A DNA stretch of 27,419 nucleotides from a virus (taxonomy: Duplodnaviria; Caudoviricetes): positions 1-27,419 of IMG/VR virus record IMGVR_UViG_3300034354_000147, one strand, 5' to 3'. Below the pieces are notes generated by a model, which did not search any database, was not told where the DNA came from, and worked only from the letters and a program-made list of their open reading frames with translations. How positions within the stretch are numbered: the first letter of the stretch is position 1; each line of letters starts with the position of its first letter. Position numbers and translations under genes: made by a program. Positions 16,531 through 23,343 of the stretch are shown here, in pieces.

Positions 16531-16776
16531 CTACTCCGTGAAGCCCTGCCAGCTGCAGGGTGGTTGCGTCGAGTCTGCCCGGTGCGTCTCTGCGCCGAGC
16601 TGCTCGCACTGCCACCAGCCAGCCAGCGACGAATTGCGCCGCAGGCCGCGCCCGCACTGAGGACAGCGGCCGGTCTGGACGATCGCGCGCGTCGCGGCCT
16701 TCGCAACCGCGATCCTGGCTGCGACCTCTGCGCGCACGGCCTTGCGCGCGGCGCGCTCTTCGGGGGTCAGCTTCAC
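16531..16776 (-). CDS. Small Zn-ribbon phage protein (81 aa)
   Basis: CPQCG...WWQC...PPCSWQGF. Packed tightly between neighbours with 4-nt gaps. Confidence 0.75.
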   Translation of the reverse strand: MKLTPEERAARKAVRAEVAARIAVAKAATRAIVQTGRCPQCGRGLRRNSSLAGWWQCEQLGAETHRADSTQPPCSWQGFTE

Positions 16777-16780
16777 GGCT

Positions 16781-17128
16781 TTAGGCGACCTCGTCGCGCT
16801 GCGCGTGGTCGAGCTCCGTCGCGGCCGCCAGCATCAGAGCGTTCAGTGGCAGGCTGAAGGCGCCGTTCGGGCGACCGGCCGTCGCGCGGAAGGACCAGGC
16901 AAGGCCCGCCGGCTGCGCGTCTGCGCGCATCAGAGCGGCCAGGGTCGCGGCGGGGGTCGCAGCGCCAGTGGCGCGCACCAGCTGGCCGGCGGCCAGGCGC
17001 AGCTCGGCGCCCGCGGTGCGCAGGATCCCGGTGGCACCAGCCTGCTCGAGCATGCCCAGTAGAGCGGTCAGCGGCAGCGAGGCAGAGGAGCCAGTCATGG
17101 TCGGGCGCAGGGTCAGGTGCGGTTGCAT
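16781..17128 (-). CDS. Stand-alone DUF4388 (PatA N-terminal-like) domain protein
   Basis: MTGSSASLPLTALLGMLEQAGATGILRT...LRLAAGQLVRA...WSF...LNALMLAAATELDH resembles the DUF4388 pattern. GAGGAGG RBS. Confidence 0.6.
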   Translation of the reverse strand: MQPHLTLRPTMTGSSASLPLTALLGMLEQAGATGILRTAGAELRLAAGQLVRATGAATPAATLAALMRADAQPAGLAWSFRATAGRPNGAFSLPLNALMLAAATELDHAQRDEVA

Positions 17129-17204
17129 CTTCATGCCCTCCTCTTCGGCATCGCCAGAGGCAGGTCCGGAGGAAAAAGGTTCCATAGCTCTAGGCCAGCG
17201 CCGC

Positions 17205-17591
17205 TCACGGCCGTCCTCCAGGCCCGCGCTCGCGCGCCTGCGCCGCGCGGTACTCCTCGCTCATGTCGTGGCTCAGCAGCACGTAGCCCAGGCCGCTGAC
17301 CAGCTGACGCCCAGCGTCGTCTGTGCCGACCAGGCGCCGGTGGTAGCTAGTCGAGTCGGTCATGCCGTCGAAACTCTTTCCCTCCCAGTTGTAGGCGATC
17401 TTGGAAACCTCGTCGTAGCTGGGGCCGTCGTGCCAGCGGATGGTCACCGAGCCGTAGCCGGTACCGCGCGACAGGCGCGTTGAGAAGACGGTTCCAGAGA
17501 AAGCCTTGCGCAGCTCCTTCTTGAGGAGCTTGGCTGACTCTGGCGCTGAAAGGCGAATCTCGTTGGTGTTGCTCATGTTGGTGTTGCTCAT
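17205..17591 (-). CDS. LPD29-like (large polyvalent protein-associated domain) early protein
   Basis: AKLLKKELRKAFSGTVFSTR...SVTIRWHDGPSYDEV...SFDGMTD motif. Confidence 0.75.
   Translation of the reverse strand: MSNTNMSNTNEIRLSAPESAKLLKKELRKAFSGTVFSTRLSRGTGYGSVTIRWHDGPSYDEVSKIAYNWEGKSFDGMTDSTSYHRRLVGTDDAGRQLVSGLGYVLLSHDMSEEYRAAQARERGPGGRP
17562..17591. repeat. 15-bp tandem duplication spanning the LPD29 start codon
   Basis: Minus strand ATGAGCAACACCAAC x2, giving MSNTNMSNTN. Confidence 0.9.
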
Positions 17592-17615
17592 GTTTTCTCA
17601 GGCGCCATTTTCCAC

Positions 17616-17858
17616 TCAGCGGCCGCCGCGCAGGCTGACCAGCATCAGGTGTTTTATGCTCAGCTGCAGGCCGCGCTTGCCGCGCCCGCCAGCGCGCACC
17701 ATTAGGTTGCCGTCCCGCTCGTAGAACCAGCCCGCGTGGCGCTCGCTGTAGATCGTGCTGCGGCCGTAGGTCGTGACCTGCACGACCCCCCCGCCGCGCA
17801 GGTGCGCGTTCAGGGCGTCGGCCGTAGGCCGTTTGGGCTGGGGGCGCTGGGCTTCCAT
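17616..17858 (-). CDS. Hypothetical early protein (80 aa)
   Basis: Co-oriented with the early cluster. Its ATG overlaps the TGA of a 7-codon mini-ORF (MNPIELR). Confidence 0.7.
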   Translation of the reverse strand: MEAQRPQPKRPTADALNAHLRGGGVVQVTTYGRSTIYSERHAGWFYERDGNLMVRAGGRGKRGLQLSIKHLMLVSLRGGR

Positions 17859-17912
17859 CAGCGCAGCTCGATCGGGTTCATGGCAAGGGTTTCCCGGTTG
17901 GTTGGGCAGGCC

Positions 17913-18035
17913 CTAGAGGCCCGCGGTGTGCAGCATCGCGGTCAGCTGGATCAGGCCGTAGCTGAGGACCAGCGCGAAGGAGCCAAGGGCAAGGGCCAGG
18001 GGGTGGCTGCGGAGGGTGTCGATTGCGATCTGCAT
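17913..18035 (-). CDS. Small hydrophobic membrane peptide (40 aa)
   Basis: MQIAIDTLRSHPLALALGSFALVLSYGLIQLTAMLHTAGL*. Below the track size cut-off. First ORF of the early cluster. Confidence 0.55.
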   Translation of the reverse strand: MQIAIDTLRSHPLALALGSFALVLSYGLIQLTAMLHTAGL

Positions 18036-18042
18036 ACCTGAC

Positions 18043-18071
18043 CTTTCGGCTCTGGCCCCGGGCCACCTGAA
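18043..18071 (-). promoter_or_regulatory. Sigma28/FliA-like promoter candidate for the early cluster
   Basis: Minus strand TTCAGG-N15-GCCGAAAG-N7-ATG, compared with the sigma28 consensus TAAA-N15-GCCGATAA. Confidence 0.35.
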
Positions 18072-18502
18072 GGAACCCGAAGTGCTTTTGCGGGTTTCTA
18101 GCTGGGAACCTTACCCCACCATTGCCGGGCGGCTAGGCTTTCCGCGGCCCGCCCTGGGCCCCTTGGGCGGCCTCAGCCGCTAACTGAGGCCGCTGGCCTG
18201 GGCTTCCGTGCAGGCAGCTCCCGGGGCTATCGCGGGGGGTTCATCCCCAGGGCGGGCCGCTCTCCCCTGCAGCCAGGTAAGCTCCCCCCAGCGGCCCGCC
18301 CCTAGGCCGCCAGCTTCCCGAGGGAATCGGCCCTCCAAGGCATCGGCTGACCACGGGAGCTGGCAACCAGGCATGTCTTGCTAGGGGCGGGCCGCACTGC
18401 CTCTGCGCTGCCCAAGGCTCGCGTCGCACGGGCTAGGGCCTAATCGCTCGGCCGACTGCAGCTGCGCCAGCAGGCGCAGGCGGACGCCTCCAGCAGGGCG
18501 CC

Positions 18503-18550
18503 AACAGAAGCGGGCCTCCCCCCCCCAGGGCAGGGAAGAGGGAGGCCCGC
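18503..18550 (-). terminator. Intrinsic terminator after the Ig-like gene
   Basis: GCGGGCCTCCC (18510-18520) / GGGAGGCCCGC (18540-18550) inverted repeat, followed by TTCTGTT on the minus strand. Confidence 0.7.
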
Positions 18551-18579
18551 ATGGCGAGGCGGCGCTCAGCGCCGGGGCA

Positions 18580-18924
18580 CTACTCGGGCTCAGGCTCGGG
18601 CTCAGGCGCGCCCACGGTGAAGACAGCGGAACCGGGCTCGCCCAGGACCACGGTCACCTCGAGGCTGTCCGGGCTGCCAGGCAGGTGCGTGCCATCGGGC
18701 TTTTGCACGCTGGCGTCGATGCGCGCCGTGCCGATGCCGTCCGTCGACAAGTCGGCGTTCAGGCCGTCCGGACGAACGACGACGCCCACGATGGCGGGAT
18801 CGGTAGAGGCAAAGCTGATCACGAAGCCAGGCGGGACCTCGGTGTACGGTTCACCGCCGGCATCGAGGATTGTCCAGCCGATGGCGAGCTTCTGGTCGCT
18901 GACGAGTTGTACGGGCTGAGCCAT
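18580..18924 (-). CDS. Small all-beta (Ig-like) protein (114 aa) with a PE-repeat tail
   Basis: ISFASTDPAIVGV...GIGTARIDASV resembles a bacterial Ig-like (Big_2) pattern. Ends PEPEPEPE. Confidence 0.6.
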   Translation of the reverse strand: MAQPVQLVSDQKLAIGWTILDAGGEPYTEVPPGFVISFASTDPAIVGVVVRPDGLNADLSTDGIGTARIDASVQKPDGTHLPGSPDSLEVTVVLGEPGSAVFTVGAPEPEPEPE

Positions 18925-18930
18925 TTGTCT

Positions 18931-19101
18931 TTATTCCTGGGTCGGGGTTCCGACGTTGAAGATTGCTTGGGAAGGCGTCCGCGCGCTTGCGGCCAGCGAC
19001 TCCAGCGCTTTGGCAATGCGCTCGAGGAGCGCGAGCAGCTGCTGGAGTGTTTCCAGTTCGCCCGGCTCGACGACGACGTTGAAAGGGATGTCGAGCTTCA
19101 T
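18931..19101 (-). CDS. Hypothetical protein (56 aa)
   Basis: MKLDIPFNVVVEPGELETLQQLLALLERIAKALESLAASARTPSQAIFNVGTPTQE*. Not in the track. Stop is 6 nt before the next ATG. Confidence 0.7.
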   Translation of the reverse strand: MKLDIPFNVVVEPGELETLQQLLALLERIAKALESLAASARTPSQAIFNVGTPTQE

Positions 19102-19108
19102 GGCAAAC

Positions 19109-19136
19109 AATGTATCACGCGCATCCCGCTAGCCAA
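19109..19136 (-). promoter_or_regulatory. Sigma70-like promoter TTGGCT-N16-TACATT with extended TG, leaderless start
   Basis: Minus strand TTGGCT agcgggatgcgcgTGa TACATT gtttgcc ATG. Confidence 0.5.
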
Positions 19137-19204
19137 GACTGTCGATTCCTACAGCAGGCAAGGGCAGACCCGGACTGCTGCAGTTAGGCGAATGCAGAAC
19201 GCGA

Positions 19205-19233
19205 GCCTCCGGCCTAGGGAGGTGACCGGAGGC
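19205..19233 (-). terminator. Hairpin downstream of the tail operon
   Basis: GCCTCCGG/CCGGAGGC arms, weak U-tract. Confidence 0.35.
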
Positions 19234-19290
19234 CCGCCAGGCCACCGGGCGTCAGGGAGGAAGCCCGTCTGCGCCCAGAAGCCGTACCAC

Positions 19291-19638
19291 CTAGCCTTCA
19301 AGAAAGGCCACGATGAGAGCAACTGCCGACAGCAGCAGTGGCAGGATCAGGAACAGCAATCGCTGCGACGAGCTGGAGCCGCCCGAACGGCCATCGAGGA
19401 TGTCCAGCCGCGTGCTCACCTTTTCGCGCCAGCTGCGTTCTTCCTTGACATAGCCTTCGTAGACCTCGCGGCCGATGTATGTTGCCTGAGCCTGCACCTG
19501 CTGGGCGTGCGCGTGGTTCAGCTCTTCGAGCCGTCGCGAGTACTCCATTGCCTGCAGAGCGATGGCGCGTTCTAAAGCGAGCAGTCGCTGTTCCAAAACT
19601 ACAACTCGCTCGCGTTCGTGAACGTTCGGATCGGACAT
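19291..19638 (-). CDS. Coiled-coil protein with a C-terminal transmembrane helix (holin/lysis-associated-like)
   Basis: Heptad-rich N-terminus and C-terminal LLFLILPLLLSAVALIVAFL. Follows the tail-tip gene. Confidence 0.65.
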   Translation of the reverse strand: MSDPNVHERERVVVLEQRLLALERAIALQAMEYSRRLEELNHAHAQQVQAQATYIGREVYEGYVKEERSWREKVSTRLDILDGRSGGSSSSQRLLFLILPLLLSAVALIVAFLEG

Positions 19639-19653
19639 GTCTCGCCTTCGCTT

Positions 19654-22515
19654 CTAGACGAACAGGACAGCGTACGCTTCTAGCACAGCTGAGACTTCCA
19701 TGCTCAGCAGCTTCAGCGCACCAACGTCCGTGCTGGCGTGGCGCACTTCGATCGTATCGCCATTGTTCAGCGCTGCCGCCAGAATGGTTCCGGTTGTCAA
19801 GCCAGCCGCGATTAGCGTGCTCCATGCCCCGCCGTTGATCCGGCGCTCGACAGCGCCGAGCGTGAACGCCGAGGAGAGCGTGAAATCGTGGTCCTGCGTG
19901 TCATCGACAACAACGAAGTCGAAGCTGTCCTCGTTGGTGTCCATGGCGCCGAAGTTGAACGCGCCGCTCAGCGCCGTGGCCGTCGTGAAGCTCCAGATCA
20001 GATCGGTGAACGACGGCAGCACTGTCCCATCGAATGTGTGCCGCGAGCGCAGCGCCAGCGCGAGGGTTGTGGGAATCACACCATCGGTCGCCTTCAGGAT
20101 CTCCAACCGCGGCAGGATACCGTTGTCGACGGCCAGCAAGTCCTGGGTGAACAGAAGCACGGGCGTCCCCAGCGGGTCGTCGATGACGTCCACCTCGTGC
20201 GTCGTCGTGTTGGCCGCAGGGTAATCGGGGAACAGAACCGCCGCATCGGTCTCCAGCGCTTGGATCTCATCTGCTGTGCGGAAGTCGCGCCGGATGAACT
20301 CCAACAGGATGCCATCGCCCTCGCCCGTGCCCGTGCCCTCGAGGCTGACCGACGTGGCGTCGAAGCGCGTGCCGTTCAGCGACAACTCTGCTGGCGCATA
20401 GGGGCGCCGCGTGCGGCTCGACATAGCAAGCGCGATCTGCGTCGCCGCCGCCTCCAGCACGACGTCGGTCACCGAACGGGGAAGCAGTTTGACGTGCACG
20501 TTGTCGCCCAGCGGCAGCGCCGTGTCCGAGATCCCAGCGCCAACGAACAGCAGCCATACCGAATCGCCAGCTGCGTGAGCGGCCTGCACCGTGTCCATGA
20601 TTCCGCGGTAGACGCCGTTCAGCTGCACGTTGGCGCCGCTGGTCTGCGCTGACGTCACCAGCATGAACTCGCCGCCGGCGCTATCGCCAACGAAGATCAG
20701 CGTCAGCAGGTTAGTTCCCAAGTCGACGATGTCCGTCACGTCCGGGAACAGCGTCTCGAGCGCAGTCTGCGTGTCAGGCGTCGGCGCGAGGGGCAGCGTC
20801 GACAACGGAACGGCTGAGCCGACCGGCAGCGTGCTGAGCAGCTCGCCAATGCGCGTGAAGGCAAAAACCTCACCGATCTCTGTGAACGTCCCGGCCGGAA
20901 CCCCGGGCGCGTGGCGCTCGGTGATCAGGAAGCTGACCTCGACGCCCTGGGCGCGCGCCGAGGCGTAGATCTTGTCCACATAGGGTGCCGCAGGGTTGAC
21001 CCGAACGGTCAGGCCGCGCGGCGCCTCGAACGCCAGCTGCTCGTCAGCCGGGAATGGCTGCAAGTCGTCCTGTGGGGGCGTCCAGCCGGTCGGCGGCGGC
21101 GCGCCGAAGGAGCCCGCAGCCGCGTAGAAGACGTCCTGAACAACCTCCAGCAGGATGGTGCCGTCGACCAGCTCGCCCAGGTCCACGCTCTTGACCCGCA
21201 CCGGCAGCTTGATGACCCCGATGTCCTCGTCGGTCAGCGCCAGCACGTCGCCCTTGCGCGTGCCGTACAGCGCGCGTGTGCATGCGATCTGACCGTTAGC
21301 CAGCGGGAAGGCCAGCGTGCGCAGGTCACGCCAGACCAGATCCTCGGCCAGCTGCGCGTTCTTCACCCCAGACAGGCGCGGCTGCTCAGGGACGCGGCTG
21401 CCGCCCTGGATCTGAACGTTCGCCATGTCCTGCGCGAAGGCGTAGGTCTGCTTGTACTCGTCGTCGCGGTCGAAGAACTCGCCGCGCACCTCGTTCTTGG
21501 TCTGCGGCCACAGCGCGCGCGTCCACGTCCTGATCTCCTTGATGTTCGTCGCGTTCAGCTCTGGCACAAGGTTGATGTCGTAGTCGGCGCGCGTTAGCTG
21601 CAGCTTCCACAGGCCGTCAGCCTGGTCGAGGTAGACCGTGCCGTCGATCTGCTCCTCCATGCGCCGCAGCGTCGTCGCGGCGTCCTCTGACGAGTCCAGC
21701 AGGAACGAGAACCCGTTGCCCTCGTCGAACAGGGTGATGCCAGCAGTCACGAAGCTGGCCGTGTCGACGTCGGCCGCCGGAATGGCCATGCCCTCGGCAG
21801 CGGTGATGAGCTCGTAGATGCAGCAGGCAGGGTTGGCGTCGGCGCCGTTGACGATGTGCCGGTTGGCAGTCAGGCCGATGGGGTTCGGCGTGCGGCGCAG
21901 CTCGAACTTCCAGGGCTTGATGCTCGTCGTGTTGCCGACGTAGGTCCGCTCGGTGAAGGGCGCCTGGTAGCAAATGCCGGTATAGGCGGGCGTCTGCCCG
22001 CCTATGTCCTGAAACGGCGCCAGGTAGGCCGAGGGGCTCTGCGTCGCGGTGCCAGCGAAGAACTCGAACGTCCCCACCACACCGCCCTGGCCCAGCTCGT
22101 CGCCGCCGAAGAGGCTCGGCTTGTTGATTGTGTAGGTGTCGCCGTGCTCGACCGAGCCGGTGAAGACCAGATCGTCGCCGATCCAGACGCGCGTCAGCTC
22201 GTCGATGGGGTCCTGTCCGATGCCGCGGCAGAAGGCCCACTGAACGCCCATGAAGTACTTGAACTGCCCAGTCGGCGTGTGGCTGAACAGGCCGTCGACG
22301 ACGATCGCCTCGTTCTTCAGGTCTCCGTACCAGACGACGTTGGGGCCAGCGATGCGCGTCGTTCCCCACAAGATCGGGACTGGCCGACCCTCGGTCGCGG
22401 TCGGGAAGTTGAAGTCGCCGATGCCCGCAGGCTTCTGCGTCTCCGACTTCGGCTGCATCAGCTTGGACAGCACCAACGTCGCCGCCCAGAAGATGAACGT
22501 CATCCAGAATGCCAT
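19654..22515 (-). CDS. Tail tip / host-specificity (Phage-tail_3, gpJ-like) protein
   Basis: N-terminal PAGIGDFNFPTATEGRPVPILWGT.RIAGPNVVWYGDL, DANPACCIYELIT and EQIDGTVYLD...LWKLQLTRADY, typical of YuA/D3112-like tail-tip proteins. Confidence 0.88.
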   Translation of the reverse strand: MAFWMTFIFWAATLVLSKLMQPKSETQKPAGIGDFNFPTATEGRPVPILWGTTRIAGPNVVWYGDLKNEAIVVDGLFSHTPTGQFKYFMGVQWAFCRGIGQDPIDELTRVWIGDDLVFTGSVEHGDTYTINKPSLFGGDELGQGGVVGTFEFFAGTATQSPSAYLAPFQDIGGQTPAYTGICYQAPFTERTYVGNTTSIKPWKFELRRTPNPIGLTANRHIVNGADANPACCIYELITAAEGMAIPAADVDTASFVTAGITLFDEGNGFSFLLDSSEDAATTLRRMEEQIDGTVYLDQADGLWKLQLTRADYDINLVPELNATNIKEIRTWTRALWPQTKNEVRGEFFDRDDEYKQTYAFAQDMANVQIQGGSRVPEQPRLSGVKNAQLAEDLVWRDLRTLAFPLANGQIACTRALYGTRKGDVLALTDEDIGVIKLPVRVKSVDLGELVDGTILLEVVQDVFYAAAGSFGAPPPTGWTPPQDDLQPFPADEQLAFEAPRGLTVRVNPAAPYVDKIYASARAQGVEVSFLITERHAPGVPAGTFTEIGEVFAFTRIGELLSTLPVGSAVPLSTLPLAPTPDTQTALETLFPDVTDIVDLGTNLLTLIFVGDSAGGEFMLVTSAQTSGANVQLNGVYRGIMDTVQAAHAAGDSVWLLFVGAGISDTALPLGDNVHVKLLPRSVTDVVLEAAATQIALAMSSRTRRPYAPAELSLNGTRFDATSVSLEGTGTGEGDGILLEFIRRDFRTADEIQALETDAAVLFPDYPAANTTTHEVDVIDDPLGTPVLLFTQDLLAVDNGILPRLEILKATDGVIPTTLALALRSRHTFDGTVLPSFTDLIWSFTTATALSGAFNFGAMDTNEDSFDFVVVDDTQDHDFTLSSAFTLGAVERRINGGAWSTLIAAGLTTGTILAAALNNGDTIEVRHASTDVGALKLLSMEVSAVLEAYAVLFV

Positions 22516-22518
22516 CGG

Positions 22519-23343
22519 CTATAGCCCCGTCTCGAAGGGGTTCTTCTTCGGCACGAAGGGGAAGCCTCCATAGTTCCCGCCGTTGTTGAACTTTGGGCAT
22601 CCGTCAGCACTGGTGTCGTGCGCGCAGCCAGCCAGCACGTTGACCAGCGTCGGCATTGCGGTGAACGGCAGCAGCATATACAAGTCATCGCCGAACTGGT
22701 CGAGCACCATGCGAAAGTCGCCTGCGCCGATCGCCTCGATCATGCCGCCAATGAACCAGCCCGGCGTGAAGTCGGTCGAGAGCCCTGGCACCGTCAGCAC
22801 GCGCCCGACCTGGGCGCTGACGCTATAGGCCGACGCCAGAAATGCAGGATCGGTCGGGCTGACCTTGCAGGTGTTGGGCTCGTAGTGGACATGGTTGCAC
22901 GGGCCCTGATAGGTGAAGCTCGGCAACGCGTGATTGCCAGCGGCGAGCCGCGGCAGGCTGGTGATGACGGCCTCCTTTACGCCCCTGCGGTAGCTGACGG
23001 TCTGCACCTCGCCGTCGAAGATGGTCACAATCTCGGGCGTGCCGCCGTCCGTGCTGTGGAAGCGCCGCGCCAGCAGCAGCACGCGCTGGCCAGGCGGAAC
23101 GTTGAGGAACAGCTGCGGTAGCGGGTGCGAGGCCGGCATACGCAGCTCGAATTCGGTGTCGTGCTTGTCGAGATCCTCATGCAGCTTGCCGCGCTCGATG
23201 GCGACTGGTTCGTAGTCCTCGACCCCGATCGAAACGCCTGCCTCGGTCGACGTCACGCGGTAGATCGCAGCGCCGACCGTGAACTTGAAGACCTCGACCG
23301 GCTGGCCAGACTCGACGCTGGTCTCGACGCTCTGGTAGGTCAC
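22519..23343 (-). CDS. DUF2163 / phage BR0599-family tail assembly protein
   Basis: ETSVESGQPVEVFKF...YQGPCNHVHY...C...AGCAHD...CPKFNNGGNYGGFPFVPKKNPF. Confidence 0.9.
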   Translation of the reverse strand: MTYQSVETSVESGQPVEVFKFTVGAAIYRVTSTEAGVSIGVEDYEPVAIERGKLHEDLDKHDTEFELRMPASHPLPQLFLNVPPGQRVLLLARRFHSTDGGTPEIVTIFDGEVQTVSYRRGVKEAVITSLPRLAAGNHALPSFTYQGPCNHVHYEPNTCKVSPTDPAFLASAYSVSAQVGRVLTVPGLSTDFTPGWFIGGMIEAIGAGDFRMVLDQFGDDLYMLLPFTAMPTLVNVLAGCAHDTSADGCPKFNNGGNYGGFPFVPKKNPFETGL

